DNA from: Selaginella moellendorffii
Lineage: Eukaryota > Plantae > Lycopodiophyta
Direction: 5' to 3'
Length of the DNA: 64,000 nucleotides
Assembly: GCF_000143415.4 (NCBI RefSeq)
Contig: NW_003314360.1
Coordinates: 594,486-658,485 of the forward strand
Numbering within the stretch: position 1 is the first letter of the stretch; every line of letters begins with the position of its first letter. Below the pieces are notes generated by a model. The model saw only the letters and a program-made list of their open reading frames with translations, was not told the DNA's origin and ran no database searches. Positions 39,139-52,294 of the stretch are shown here, piece after piece. The position numbers and the translations under genes are program-made.

Positions 39139-42100
39139 TCAGTTGAAACTACACGTGTAGGTTGAATTGAGTTCTAAATAGTGGCTCTGGCAAAGCCATG
39201 CACCTGCACCTGTATGCCATTGCAGACCACAGTACTTGCGCATCATACTCTCTATCTCCAGGTTATCTCTTGCATTGCATTGCTGCCGCACCACTTCAAA
39301 CACTTGTTCAATATCTCCTTTTGTCGGGTTCAGCTTCTTCCAGGTTTCTATATCCAAAGTCTCCCTACCCATGTTACTCCTGAGAAAGTTCAGCATCTCT
39401 TGTGTGGGAACATCTACAAGACCGTTGACAAATGAATCCACATGCAATAGTTTTGCTGCAACGTTGATCCCCATGAAGAGCACTATGAGTCCAGGGATGA
39501 GCATCGGAGCCCAGTTTTTCAGCCAGTCTTTTGGCACCTTCACTGTCATACCTTCTGTGTTGTTTACTGGGTGACTCCCCTCAGCATACTCGCAATGGTA
39601 CCGGACTCTCACCTTATGGCGTAACTCTACGTACTTCATGAACTTGTTATCCTCACTTACCAGATATGGATAGCGTGGACATTCTACTCTGAGGGAGTGC
39701 AACATTTTGGAGCTGTGTGCCAACACTTGTCTTCCCATGTTCTCTATCTTATCCAGTGTTGCTTTGATAGACTCCAAGCTTGTTTCCATGCGGTCCAATC
39801 GCTGTTGGATGTAAATGAGCACTTTTTTTAAATCCTCATTCTCAATGTCCCTTGGTACTTCTAGAATGTGATTATCCAGCGGGGGAGTGTCGTACACCAC
39901 CTTCACAAACCTTTCATAATCCTGACAGACTTTAATGAGATCAATAGCTCTCTTCTGGATGTGTTCTCTCTGCTCACTTGGTAGCAGAAGCTTACTCAGC
40001 TCATCATCTTCATTGCGGGTCCAAGTGTGGGAGTAATTCAGGCCTTTCTCCTCTGCTTCTTTTTGAATTTGTGAAAGCGGGACAGCCACTTCAGGTGAGT
40101 TCAAGTGTTGAATTCTTTGAATTTCTGGTTCACTATGTGGTTGGTGCATTCTCCTCTCAACATATCTAGTCTTCAAAACTTTCTCTTCACCAATTTCCAG
40201 CTCACCAAAGCAAACATCTAAAACACAATTCTTGATCTTCATCATCAGCTCCTCAGCCTTCATACTACCATCCTGAGGTGCCAAAAGCATGATTCCACCC
40301 ATTGTCTGTCTGTCCATGAATCTGTATCACCTCCTATCCTCACATATACCCCAAGCCTATCTTCATTGAACGATACCCAGCCACTTCCAACATCAAAACT
40401 TGGATTCTTACATTCTTTATGAAGTTTGGCTTGAATCATTGCAAAGATACCTGTCACACAACATTCATCTGTTAGTTGAAATACAATTTTAATCCTAAAT
40501 TACCTGATGGAAAGAGTTTAAACGTGACATCCTTGCATTCCAATCTCCTGCCCCAGTACTTGTACTTCTCCCCTTGTTTTCTGTCAAATGGGGCGTATGA
40601 CAGCTGGATGCCTGAAAGTGCTGGTAAAGCAACTTCTTTAGGTAGAGGTTTCCATGTCCCAGTCCAGCCATCGTCTATGGGTATCAGCACACCCATCTCA
40701 TACAGGCACTGAAAAATATATTCGACTTTGGCTTGTTCTCCTTGACAATGTTTGAATAGTTTATCTGCAACTGCATGTATGTCTTGTACCATCTGTTGTT
40801 GGCTGTTTGATGAGATATTTATCTTCTGGGGATCAATAAACAGGCTGATCACATCTCGAATAAACCACTCCACATCTAAGATGGCATACTTTGAAATGGA
40901 ATCAAAATAAACCACCTCTCCCAAGTCATGCAGGAACAAGAACACGAATTTGATCATGTTCTGCTTCTGAGCCTCATCCAAACTTGTTTTGATCTGTTTT
41001 TGATATTTCACCAGCAGTTGTTTGCCAATATCTTGCACTTCCACAATCTGCATTTTATTCTTCTTCAGTTGTATGCACATTTCTTTGGCATCTTCACACA
41101 AGCCAGGGACTCTGAGTTGTTGTGAAAGTAATATTTGTAAAGACTTTCTTAATTTGCTTTTCAAAACCTGTAAAGTCCTTGCCTTTATTGCTTTCACCTT
41201 CAAGATGTTTTCATCAATGTCCAAAATCCCCCAGTACTGCCCAATTATGCAAACCACCTCATCCACAAGTGTATCAAAGGTGACTTTTTCACTGAAGAGG
41301 TTGAGTGCAATAAACACTTTAGGCTTCCGTTTGGATGATGACGGCTTGTGGGAAGGAATAAACCTCAACCAATACACCAGCACAGTAGTGAAGTTTTTGC
41401 GGTTGACACTGTTGTCCACTCTCAATACTACCAAGAACATGCTCTTGTCGAACCCCCTCAGGAAAGAGTGGTGGAATGCATGAAACTCATACTGGCCAGC
41501 CATATCACAAATCAGCAGCTTCTGTTCAGTGTTGTTGAAGGTGAAGGAGAGGGGTTGCAACTCAATTCCAGATGTTGAAGGGTGTCGTTGGAGGCAAGCT
41601 GGGAGTGGCAAATATTTTTTGCGACTGATGTTTGTTTTGATGGTGGTCTTCCCAGCCTGAGTTGGACCACACAAGAACAGTTTTGCCATATAAGCCTCCT
41701 TGTCTGAGGCTCTAGCAGCTCGAAATATGGAATTCCGCTTCAACAGTTCACTGCATTTTGCGTCCAGGGCTTCTGATCCCTTTGTCACGTAGAGTTCTTC
41801 CAGATGGCTTTGGTAATTCCTATCTAGTGCTTCCAGCATCTGCTTCTGCATCCACATGTCCAAGGTTCCCCCGACTTCCAGGCTTTGAAGATTGCAATCT
41901 GGGTTTCCAAGAATCAAGTCACAGACCATATCCAGATTCTGTGGCGTCACCCATATGTTGAGCTTGTGTATCTTGCTTGCCAGCATTCCCTGGAATAGAT
42001 CTTCATGCTCAAATGTTCTACAGTCCAGTCGTACCAAGCTTGAGTGTCTCAGATGGGCCCCAAGCCTCGCTTGAGCATCTGGCGTCAGTCTGTCCTCTAT

Positions 42101-43605
42101 AACTAGCTCTTGAAGTGTGCGCGTCTCGCTCAGACCATCAATAAATACTTGCGGAATGTTTGTAGCCTCGAGTCTGTATGTAAAACCTAAACTTAAGCGT
42201 GTCAGCTTGTATTGTGGATTTTCAACCAGTGCTGTTCCCGCGATTGCGTAGTATTTCTCTGCAGAATCCTCCCGCCTTGGCATCCCTATTGATAATGTCA
42301 AGTCTTGAATTTTGCTGCTAGGCAGGGCCTTCATGAGGCACTCCACTCCCTTGTAACCGATGTCGTTCCAAGTGATGCACAATCTGTGCAAAGAGCAGCT
42401 ACCGCTCTCCAAAGCACCACCCAAACTCGTTGCACCTTCTTCTTCGATCCCATTAAGCTCCAGGCGCAACACACTCAGGTGAGGGAGATGGCCCCCTTGA
42501 AGAGCCTCACATAAAAGCTTGAAATTCTTGTCACCTATATGGTCATATTGTAGGTGCAGCTCTTCCAGGCTCTGCAATTTGGAACTTGCTGCTGCCCGTG
42601 CCAGAACCTCTGCTCCTCTGTCATCAAACCCTATGTCCACCAGCTCCAAGCTCCTCAGTCTAGCACTGCTGCCCGGACTAAGGTGTTTGAGCAGACCATC
42701 CAACCCTTCGTTTCCTAATCTGGTTTTGTCAGAAATCCACAGCCTTTCCAGCACACACTTGGGAGACGCCAGAGCCTTGCTTAGAGCCTCCATGGCATTC
42801 TCGCCCAATTCTCCAGCGGAGTATAGCCCTATGCCAGCAGTCGCAAGGAATAATGGGCATATTGCGTCCATCAATTTGTTGTCATAACCCAAATCTATGT
42901 GCCAGAATACCAACCGATCCAGCGGGCATGGCAGGGTTGAGATGGAGGAGCAGAGCTCTTGAAAGCTGGATAGCGGCAGCTTCACCAGGTCATTGCCCCT
43001 GTTTAAATGACCGTCACGCGATAGTGCTCAAAAATTCACTCACTTACCCTTCAATCCTAAGCCGTTTCAAAGCGGTGCTGTTGTTGCTGCTGCTCTGCAG
43101 CAAGACTGAGAACCTCATCTGAGGGGCCGAGAAAATCTCCATGGAAATCGTCAATGCCCTCCTTCAGCGCCCGCATCTCATCAATAGGGAAACCCACACT
43201 CTTCGCTACAGCTGCTATGGTAAGCTGATAGTCAAGACAATCCCCATCCTCTCCCAGAAACACAGCTGCAAACTCATTTTTCGGATTGAAATGCCTTGAC
43301 TCGTCGTCAGCAAAGACATAACGGAGCAATGCGCCCACATGGATGAGGATGGTCAGCAGCGATAAGCTGGAGAATTTGGCTTTCAACTGCAGCACCAATT
43401 CACTCACTCGCTCTGTTGATACTCTCCCTTCACTAAGAAGCTCACCCCACTCAACCTTGTGCAGCCCATCCAGCAGCACCCGCATCCCAGGAAGAGAAAC
43501 CATCAAGTTCCCTTGACTCTCTGCCAGAAATCTCTCAAACTCCTCAATTCCATAGCATTGCCTCCAGACAAGTCTATCCCGAGCCATGGACGCTAGGGCA
43601 CACAC
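39139..43605 (-). pseudogene. LRR-Roc-COR (Roco, TORNADO1-like) gene, apparently frameshifted
   Basis: Ribonuclease-inhibitor-type LRRs. P-loop KLFLCGPTQAGKTT, ICDMAGQYEF, and COR-like LHDLGEVVYF. Introns at 40451-40503 and ~42999-43047. Frame change near 40317 before the coiled-coil and hydrophobic C-terminus. Confidence 0.82.
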
Positions 43606-43793
43606 GGATCTGAGTAGCCCCTCTGGGGTTCAGAATATAAACGATTTTTCCATTCTATAATTTCTTCATTGTGAAGTGATTTGTCATGAAATAATGTTGA
43701 CGTGACATTTGGCCCAACTTTCTTTCCGCCCAGAAAGTTTCTGGACCCTGTCGCCTGTACCATCAGATTCTGAACTCCAGCATGGAATGAGTT

Positions 43794-43857
43794 GAGAATC
43801 TCTCACCTCCTGTGTTGTGTATTTTATTATACACAATACAGGAGGTGAAAGATTCTC
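43794..43857. repeat. Inverted repeat, 29-bp arms (2 mismatches), 6-nt loop
   Basis: GAGAATCTCTCACCTCCTGTGTTGTGTAT-TTTATT-ATACACAATACAGGAGGTGAAAGATTCTC. Confidence 0.9.
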
Positions 43858-44221
43858 CAGTCATCATTTTTTATTAATTTGAAATATCATATTTAAAAGA
43901 TTTACTTCAAAATATAAACTTAAAATTTTTTTAAACATAATATATTTGTATACCTCTAACATCTTTTATTTTCGAGTTTTAATAGCCAAGGTCCATTTTT
44001 TTATTGCTATAATTCCAAGGCCAGAATGTACATAAATATATGAGAGATGTGATCATTGCTCTTTTGTGGAACACCAGTCAGTGATCTTCATCAGTTCACT
44101 TAAGCCCCAGTGGGAAGATGAATTTTTATTTGCTAACATAAATTAAATAATAAAACAATCTTATTAACACTCTTGTTTGATTGGGCAAAACACACTTAGA
44201 ATATTCTCAATTAGATTATTT

Positions 44222-44305
44222 TAATGTAAAAAACTCTATTTATAACTCCAGCTTTGATGACCCAAAGCATCAAAGCTGGAGTTATAAATAGAGTTTTTTA
44301 CATTA
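44222..44305. repeat. Perfect inverted repeat, 38-bp arms, 8-nt loop
   Basis: 44222-44259 is the exact reverse complement of 44268-44305. Confidence 0.95.
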
Positions 44306-44365
44306 TAACGTGGCAAGGGTACCCTAAATCAATCGTCTTAGGGTTTAAGGTTTAGAGCAGGGAGC

Positions 44366-45580
44366 ATGGTGAGCATCATCATCAACAGGAACTTTAAGGC
44401 TCCAGGCACTAAAGGCAACGCACTTTGTGGGGAGATGATTCCCAAAAACACTGCCTCCAAAGAGCTGAAACAGGAGTTGGTGCGCGGAGGCCTATCTAAA
44501 GCTGGGGGAGTTCCCGAATGCTCTGGCATCGCTGTTCTCGAGAACGACGAGTTCCATGTCAAGGCAACTTTCCACAAGGCAAGAGCTCTTTACACAGTGT
44601 GGGTGAGGATGACGCAGCAGTGGAATGCCTGTACAAACTACTGATGGCGAACAGCAAGCCTGAGCTCCAACAGGAAGCTGTCAAGCTTCTCCCGCCAGCA
44701 AGAATGCGGCTTGTTCACTGACACCGCGGCCAAAGCTGAAGGTTTCATCAAAGGCGATGCCAAACGGCCAGGCGCTCTTGCCTGTGTCCGGGCGTTGTGC
44801 GAAACCCGTTGAAGGAGTTGTCTGTGAGAGATGCAGGCTGGTGAGCTACTGCAGTGTCAGGAGCATGGCCGGGGTTCAAGATGTCAAGCTCTACGACTTG
44901 TGTTTTGCTGCATCAGGTAATCTCTGCGGCTACTCGGGCAAGGTGCGGGTCTTGGTGAACGACAACAACGCTCAAGTGTCTGTCCAGAACTTTATGATCC
45001 TGGAACTGCTGAAGCTCTTCAGCCGAGACGCAGTAGAGGTCGCCATTGCCTTGTGGTAATCGGATGCTATGACAGACGGGTGTCTGTCGCAGCAGGCTGG
45101 GATGTTCTCAAGAGATGCGGATTTCTAGAGCACTCGGCTACAACCACTATTGCATGCAGGCTCTTTTCTGTCCTACATCGCGCTCCGCTTGTGGCATCGT
45201 TCAAGGGTGGTCTGTCCATGCTTTGGACCGACTTTAATGATAATGTCTGGAGCCTTTTGCATAACCAAGAGCAGCCTGAGGATGTGAAAGAAGACTTGCC
45301 TAGGAAGGAAATCTTTCATCAAATGGCTGTGCTACAGCAGTCTATGGTTGATCAGCCATTTGTCGGCATTGGGCAAGCGTCCTTTGCTCAATTCGGTCCC
45401 AATGCTGCAGGTGGTGCAGACGGTCCTGTCGAGAACACCATGGAAAGTCTCTTCAGCCAGCATGGTCGCAGTTTCACGTTCATTCTGGACTCCTTCTCTT
45501 TTGTTACTAAGGAAGATGTTTCGTGTCTTTCACCTAGCAACTCTTCTGCCAGGATGCTTGACTGCTTGCTGATCAGTTGA
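44366..45580 (+). pseudogene. Degenerate gene with partial MYND-like zinc finger and DUF4470-like region
   Basis: RCAKPVEGVVCERCRLVSYCS followed by LCFAASGNL..VLVNDNNAQVSVQNFMILELL. Several frame breaks. Confidence 0.5.
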
Positions 45581-46190
45581 AGGCAGTATAAAGTATAAAG
45601 TTTCACTGTATCATGACTTCCAACATTGCTGACTCCAACTACCTTGGGATGGAGAGGGTGTTAACCGCATGGGGGCCTCTTCTGGCGACCAAGGAGAAGC
45701 TTTTCCTACAAAGGATCAGAGTTTGTCGTTTATTTTATGTGCTGACTTAGCTGGATGTGCTAGCAGTTTTGAATACCTCAGAAGCGACTTCATCTCCATC
45801 ACGAAATGCGGGGTCTTGAGAAATGTGTTGAGTGTCCTCTCTTCCGAAATATCGCGTTTCCTCAGTAGCTCCATACAAAAGTGTTTCTGCTCAGCATATG
45901 GATGTGGATGAGAGTTTGGATTTTTGCGGAGGTCATTGATGAAGTCCTACCTGCACCCGACGGAACCATTTCCTGAAGACGACCATGAAGTCCTTATGAG
46001 GCAACGGACAAACGGCTCTAACGTTAATTCGGACAACTCTGATCCTCGCCTGCTACATTTCTTGTAAGTGAATTTCCCTTTTCGTTTTGGTCCTGGAGTC
46101 TTGAATTTGTTTTTCGCAGTGAAGTACACACGCAAGCGAGAAGCCGCGTACCGTGGTGGAAATTTCAGGAATTTACCTCCCTGTGCTGTA

Positions 46191-46227
46191 TAAACCCTAA
46201 ACCCTAAACCCTAAACCCTAAACCGGT
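46191..46227 (-). repeat. Interstitial telomeric tract in reverse orientation, (CCCTAAA)4 then CCGGT
   Basis: TAAACCCTAAACCCTAAACCCTAAACCCTAAACCGGT. Confidence 0.95.
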
Positions 46228-46873
46228 ACATAAAGCACGTAAGCCCACAATATGGGTTTATGTGCCATTAATATGGGCCACATGCCATATTATTAGATTT
46301 ATGCACGTGTGATTGGTAAATGCATATGTCACATCATCTTTGTTTTACCTCACACACTATATCAGGCCTAATGAACCATATCACATATGCGCACATGCTA
46401 TATATATGGAGAAGTATTATGCAAGGATAGAAATTCAATGCATGATTGTGGAGAGCAATGGCATGAAGCCACATGCTAAATAACATTTTAGAGAAAGAAT
46501 TAAAATAAAAACATGCAAACAGTATTAAGTGGACCAAGACTTAGAAGTGCACAATTGAATGAGGTATTTCTAATAAATACTTCACTCACCTCATATAGGA
46601 ATGGCTACCACTCTCAAATGGCGTATCGCCTCATGCCATCACCTCGCAATTTGTTATAACAATCCGATGAATTCATATTCGGCTTGTTCACCTTGAACTT
46701 TAAGTAAGATTTGCTAGAACAACTAAGAATTTATACTTGTTATTTGTATCATCTCAAATACAAAATACAAATACTAGGAATGGCGTAAGGCCACATGCCA
46801 TCACGCCTCCTCTGATTCAGATTCGGATTGTTCACCTTGAAATAAAATACATTAGAAACTTAGTAAAGGAATA

Positions 46874-47930
46874 TTAATGAATCTCACCTTGAACCCGGGT
46901 TATGAATGCTCTTGCTGCATCTCTTGCATGGTCTGGCAAGGTGATGGTGGCACTCTGCTTCCGCATCCAACCATGCACAACATTATCCACCAATATGCTC
47001 ATGCTGGGATCCCTTGGATTCAGCACCCATCTCTTTTCTAGGCAATCCTTCGTATATCCGGAACTTAGCTTGAACCACTCCACAGTTACATTGAAGGAGT
47101 TAGTTTCTGCGTCCTCCTCTGCATCAGTGGTGCAACGCCCCACCCATATCATTTGTTTTTTATTACTGGGTCTGACAAGCATGACCATTCCTTTGCAGAC
47201 CTGTACTGGATTGAATGCTGAATCCGGCTTCTTGTTCCTCGGCCCACAATAGTGATCCTCAACATCGTTATCTGTCACTGCATTTCTTGTTCCGCTACTA
47301 TCTGGTGCTCTGGGTTCTGGCCAAAAGGACTCTTCCAATTCTTCATATACAACCGGCCCATTTTGGATAGCAAATATAATCTTCTCCCAGTATTCGAGCA
47401 AAGGCTTGCACCTCTTAAAATAGGATTCTCCACCAAACACCAACCCCCTCTTCTAGAAGGCAATATGCTGTCTAATCCCGGCCACTATACTTTCCTGGTC
47501 TTTGAGTCCATCCGGGTGCATTGGCCGTGGGGAACCCTGAGGAATCATAGGTTCCTCAGTTATGGGATCTCTCTTGAAGAGTTCAATGCCGTCCACTGGC
47601 AGCCACACTGTGTCCCATTCTCTCATCTTGTACCTCATCACTGGAGCACCGTCACGCATGCTGAAATGAAATTGAAGACGTTTGGAGTGGCCAATCAGCA
47701 TTTTGGATCCGTCCCTGATGTAGCTTCTTACAAACCCCTTAAAGTCTGGAACCTCTGTCAGAAGTGCAGCTTCAACAGTGCCTTTGATGCAATTTTGGAA
47801 TTCATTGTAGAGTTGTGGGAGGGTGAGGACATTGGATTGCCAGAGGGACTCTGCCAGGTGACTGAACATGGCATCGACGTCTTCATGAGTGTGCCCAACC
47901 ATGAGAAAGCCAAGTGTAACCGTTTCAAAT
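46874..47930 (-). mobile_element. DNA transposase remnant (Sola-like / DUF7869-type), 5'-truncated
   Basis: Motif FLMVGHTHEDVDAMFS in ORF 47453-47902, followed after a stop by ORF 46874-47443. No termini identified. Confidence 0.55.
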
Positions 47931-48061
47931 ATGCCTCAAATATATCTCAAGAGCAAGAGACGTTGGTTAGAAGGCGGCTCAACCACAACATCGAGCAGAG
48001 AAGCTGCAGGACTGCATATTATCATAACAGGATTCTTTTTTTTTCCCTGGATGAAGCTACC

Positions 48062-51000
48062 CTAGAGCGCTGATTCGTATGTGATTGCAGCTCCTCCGGT
48101 TGACGTTCGTTTGAGTACCGCTGCTGCACCTTCCCATACTTCCTGTGCTGCCGGACATTCCCATAAGATGTGTCGCTGAGTTTCTGTGGCGCCACAGGTC
48201 TTGCAGGCTGTGTTCGGAAGATGTATGGCGACCAGAGAGGGAAGACGTTCTTGTTGGGCCAGCCACATGAAGTAGCGGTTCTTAGCTGACCAGCGCCCCT
48301 TCCAGATCTTGTTGATGCAGTGTGAGTGGTTCCTGGAACAGATCTGTTGGGCCTTTGCTTTCCGGATGAGGGAGGATCCAGTCGGCACCCTGATCAGTTT
48401 GCGGCCTAGCTTGGTCTCGTACTGGAAGAAGTCCTTGCACGTGGTTCCCCTCCAATGCCACTCTGCGGGATCCCACTTGAGTTCGTCCAAGGTTTGTTGG
48501 TGGAACCAGTAGAGGCGAGCGTATTGGTTTTCTGGGATCAAAGGATCAATGTTGGCAGTTTTTTTCTCCATTTGAATCACTCTGATCGGTTTAGCTCTGC
48601 TCATGTCAGGGAGGTCCTCGTACTCGGGGATAACGATGGGGTACAAGCGTCCGGTCTGTCCTGCCTCGAAGACTAGTCTGTAAGCCACAAATTTTTCCTT
48701 TCCAATTTGCCAGCTTACCTCGCCTATCCGTCCAACACCGCCTTGGATTTTGCTAAGTTCCCTTGCCAAGGTTCTCGCCTATGGTACCAGCTCCTACTTG
48801 GTCTCAGCTACTCACTGCACGAGCAACGGAGTGTTAGCCACCATCCACGGATTCCCAAATCACTCCCAATCCCCCTCCCCGGGTTAGACTGGACTTAAGG
48901 TTCGGCTACACTCCCCGCAAGCACAAGCAGCCAAGCACACCAAGCTTCCAGGTTCCTAACATCCTTTGGTACCACAAGACTTGATCATGGGACCCTCTAA
49001 ATCCCAAGTCTTGAGTGCAACACTTGCTTCGGGACGCCGGGGCGAAACACCGTGGCTTAGCGGCCCGGTATGGGTACCTCTCGCCCCCCACTTCCATCCC
49101 GAAGGAAGGCCCAAGCCCCTAGGCAGGGCGAGGACCAATGAGCCGCATGGTACTCAAGTGGGGCACCACTCCACTTGAGCCGGGAGCACCGCAATCGGTT
49201 TCCCTTTCGAGAGTGGGAGCTGCTCTTGTGCACTTCCTTGGATGGCCCCTCCGGCACCAGCCAAGTCCATGCTCACTCCCACCCAAGGCCCCTTAGTCCC
49301 AGTCCCAACCTCAAGTCGGTTTGGAAGCCCAACTGGAGAGTCCCTTCAAAATTGGTTCCTGGACCTCACTATCCCTACTATACTTTTGGAACCCCCTGCA
49401 GCCCCCCCCCCCTGGGGGACGCACGCTTTGGGCTTTCACCCCTTGACCCGTATTAGTATTTGGACTTAGTCTCTGGCTCGATCTCGGATCCGATTTCGGA
49501 TCCGACTTCGGATTCGGTCTCGGACTCGATCGCGGACTCGATCTCGGACCCGATCTCGGGCCCGACCTCGGACTCGACTTCGGACTCGGTCTCGGACCCG
49601 ATTTCGGATCTCGGACTCCGTCTCGAACTCGGTCTCGAACTCGGACTCGAACTCGGTCCCCGAGTCGGTCTTGGACTCGATTCCGGACTCTATCTCGAAC
49701 TCGGTCCTAGAGTCGGTCTTGGACTCGATCTTTGACTTGGTCCCATCCGATGAACTCTTTGTCATTTTGGTCATGCTTTCGGGGTTCCCTTAGCCTACGA
49801 CACCTCGGCGAGTTGGTTCCTTACATAGTCCCGATGCCATGTTGGGGAGGGTGCATACGATCGATTCATCCACCTTCCACCAACGATGGTGCTGATCTTC
49901 TTGCAGGTTTAGTTGTTCAAGGCATGCGTGTTTGGCTGCTAAAAAGGCTGTCTGGAATTTACGCATCCTGTGTTCTGAGATGGTTAATCCGTAGAAAGCA
50001 CTGATTCGGTCGCAGTTGTGGGCCGTCTGGTTGGGCTGGATCATGGTGTCTGCCTCTGCGAAGGTTCTCATCCCTGCTCTGTGCAGGTCTCTGCATGTCT
50101 GGTCCAGGCCGCGATCCTCTGAAGCTCCGAGCGTTTTACCCTTGACAGCGAAGAGTTTGCTCAGGAAAATTGGCTGCCGGTCCAGTTGTTCTTTGGTACG
50201 AGGTGGTTTACGTTCCAGCTTGCACTTGAATTGCCTCCAGAGCTTGAACAGCTTTCCTGAAAATGTGTGAGCCTTTGTCATTTTGAGTTTGGTGTCTGAG
50301 AAGAGCCATTGTTCATCTGACGCCCAGTTTTGTCTGGTGTGCTCATTCCTGTCCGGGAGGACTTTCAAAAATTGTGCTCGCAGCAGTATTCTCCATGGTT
50401 GGTGGCCAGGCATGAGCATCCTTGTGAAAATCTTGAAGAGAAGTGCCTTGCATTGTTCTTCGATGTCAATAATATTGAGGCCCCCTTCGTGCTTCGGAAG
50501 TGTTACTGACCGCCAGTTGACCTTTGCTCCACCACGCGACACGCAGGAGGAGCCTTTCCAGACATAGGTTCGAATGAGTTGGTTCATTTCCTGGATCGTT
50601 CGCCTGTCCATGTTCCAGCATGCTGCCAGGAACCAGATCGCTCCAAGCAGGATGCTGTTAGCCACCACGCAGCGTGCTGAGAACGATAGTTTTCTGCTCG
50701 CCCAAAACTTGAGTTGATCCCTTAGTTTTGTTACAGCTTTTTGGTTCTGGGGTTCTGGATCATATTGGCGTCCCACTTGAAATCCTAGGTAGCGGGTGGT
50801 CTCCTCTGTGTCCAGCCATTTGAAACCCAGCTCCGTGCCCCATGTTGGAGGTCTGCCGGGGGGGAGCCATAGTCCTACCGATTTATGCCAGTTTATTTTT
50901 GATCCCATGGCCTCATTGAAAAAGTCCAGGTCCCTTTTGACATTTGAGAGGTTCTCCGGTGATCCCTCCACGATCAGGCTTGTGTCATCTGCAAAGGCTG

Positions 51001-51133
51001 AGGATAGGAGGTCCTCCTTTGAGGCTTCGGTCATGTCCTGAAGTGCGGCGCCACAGCCTGGAAGGGGCATGCCTTTTGGACCCTGTGGTCGGGCGAGGTA
51101 GTAGGCCAGAGCATCCGCAATAAACAGGAACAG
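48062..51133 (-). mobile_element. L1-type LINE family C, ORF2 RT/C-terminal fragment, interrupted by a solo LTR and cut at the 5' side by telomeric repeats
   Basis: LFLFIADALAYYL, SAFADD, RYLGFQVG, LPKHEGGLNI, CKTCGATETQRHILWEC. The sequence switches to GGTTTAGGG at ~51133. Confidence 0.92.
48679..49825 (-). mobile_element. Solo LTR (1147 bp) with 5-bp TSD
   Basis: TGTAAG...CTTACA termini. TAGTC at 48674-48678 and 49826-49830. Shares a core and hexamer array with the LTR at 4544-6073. Confidence 0.95.
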
Positions 51134-51227
51134 GTTTAGGGTTTAGGGTTTAGGGTTTACCGGTTTAGGGTTTAGGGTTTAGGGTTTAGGGGTTTAGGGT
51201 TTAGGGTTTAGGGGTTTAGGGTTTAGG
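51133..51227 (+). repeat. Interstitial telomeric tract (former chromosome end / PLE-A tail)
   Basis: About 13 TTTAGGG units with an ACCGG interruption at 51159-51163. Confidence 0.97.
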
Positions 51228-51384
51228 ATTTTGGAATTGTGATTAGCCAAAAGCACTCCACATTGCTTGATCCAGTGGAACTCAAGAATGCTAGAGATCG
51301 GCTATGGCAATCTGAGATAAGAGGAAAAACTAGAGAAAATTTATAATGAAAATTTCACTAAAGGGAAAGGAAATACATTGGCAT

Positions 51385-51437
51385 GACAACCCGAGACCGG
51401 TTTCGTCCTTTTTGGGACTCATCAGCCGGGTGTAGTC
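51385..51437 (-). ncRNA. Minimal type I hammerhead ribozyme (PLE-A)
   Basis: GACTACACCCGG-CTGATGA-GTCC CAAAAA GGAC-GAA-ACCGGTC^TCGGGTTGTC. Intact core with palindromic stem III ACCGGT. Predicted cleavage between 51395 and 51394. Confidence 0.95.
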
Positions 51438-51952
51438 GCCATGAAAATGGTCTAACCTAGCCCCTCTTTTCCTCTATTTATACCCAGATGCCTTAAGAAT
51501 ATTCAAGAAGCTTTGAAAATATCCAACTGTTTTAGAATTTCAAAGATCTTGTGGTGGAGTGTGAGCAGGCAAGCTTGGAGGAACAGCCTCACAGACTTGG
51601 TTGTCACTAGCCACTTATCTTATATATTATGATGGTGGTATTGATTGCTATTATTATGAGTTTATTTTCTACAAATTTTGGTTTGTAGAAAATAAAATAT
51701 GAGTTTTAATGACATCTTTGTGCAAGGCACAAGATGTGATAGTCCCTTGAAATTTCAGAAAAATTTCAGAGAAGAGGTGGTGGTGATTTTAATTAGCTCA
51801 GTATATTTCCCTCAAATTTTGTTTGTAGAGAATAGATGTGAACTTCAATGACATCACTGTGCAAGGCACAAGATATAATAATCAATTGAAATTTCAAAAA
51901 AGTTGAAAATTTCAAAGACTGAAATAGGAAATAAACAAGCTTAGTGGTGTGA

Positions 51953-52270
51953 AGCTTATTCATAGCAGTATATTGTGAACGGTGATGGTGATGGATATCA
52001 GCCATGCAGCACGTCCTAATTGTTCCTTATCATGTTTAATAGCCAACCTCAAAAGTTATTTCAAAGCATCAGAATATTCCAGGAATATTCCACTCCGACT
52101 TTGCAAGAGGTAGCTTATTCATAGCAGTATATTGTGAACGGTGATGGTGATGGATATCAGCCATGCAGCACGTCCTAATTGTTCCTCATCATGTTTAATA
52201 GCTAACCTCAAAAAATATTTCAAAGCATCAGAATATTCCAGGAATATTCCACTCCGAGTTTGCAAGAGGT
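51953..52270. repeat. 159-bp tandem duplication in the PLE-A 3' UTR
   Basis: 51953-52111 is nearly identical to 52112-52270. Each unit has GAATATTCCAGGAATATTCC. Confidence 0.93.
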
Positions 52271-52294
52271 AGCTTTGGGCAAGTCCAAGGTAGC

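Noticed and set aside
40472-42985. NB-LRR resistance gene
   Set aside because: The LRRs are N-terminal and the P-loop is followed by a DxAGQ small-GTPase motif, so it is Roc rather than NB-ARC.
47252-48073. 273-aa plus-strand ORF (likewise 35791-36432 minus)
   Set aside because: These are antisense shadows of better-supported ORFs on the opposite strand (transposase remnant; thaumatin gene).
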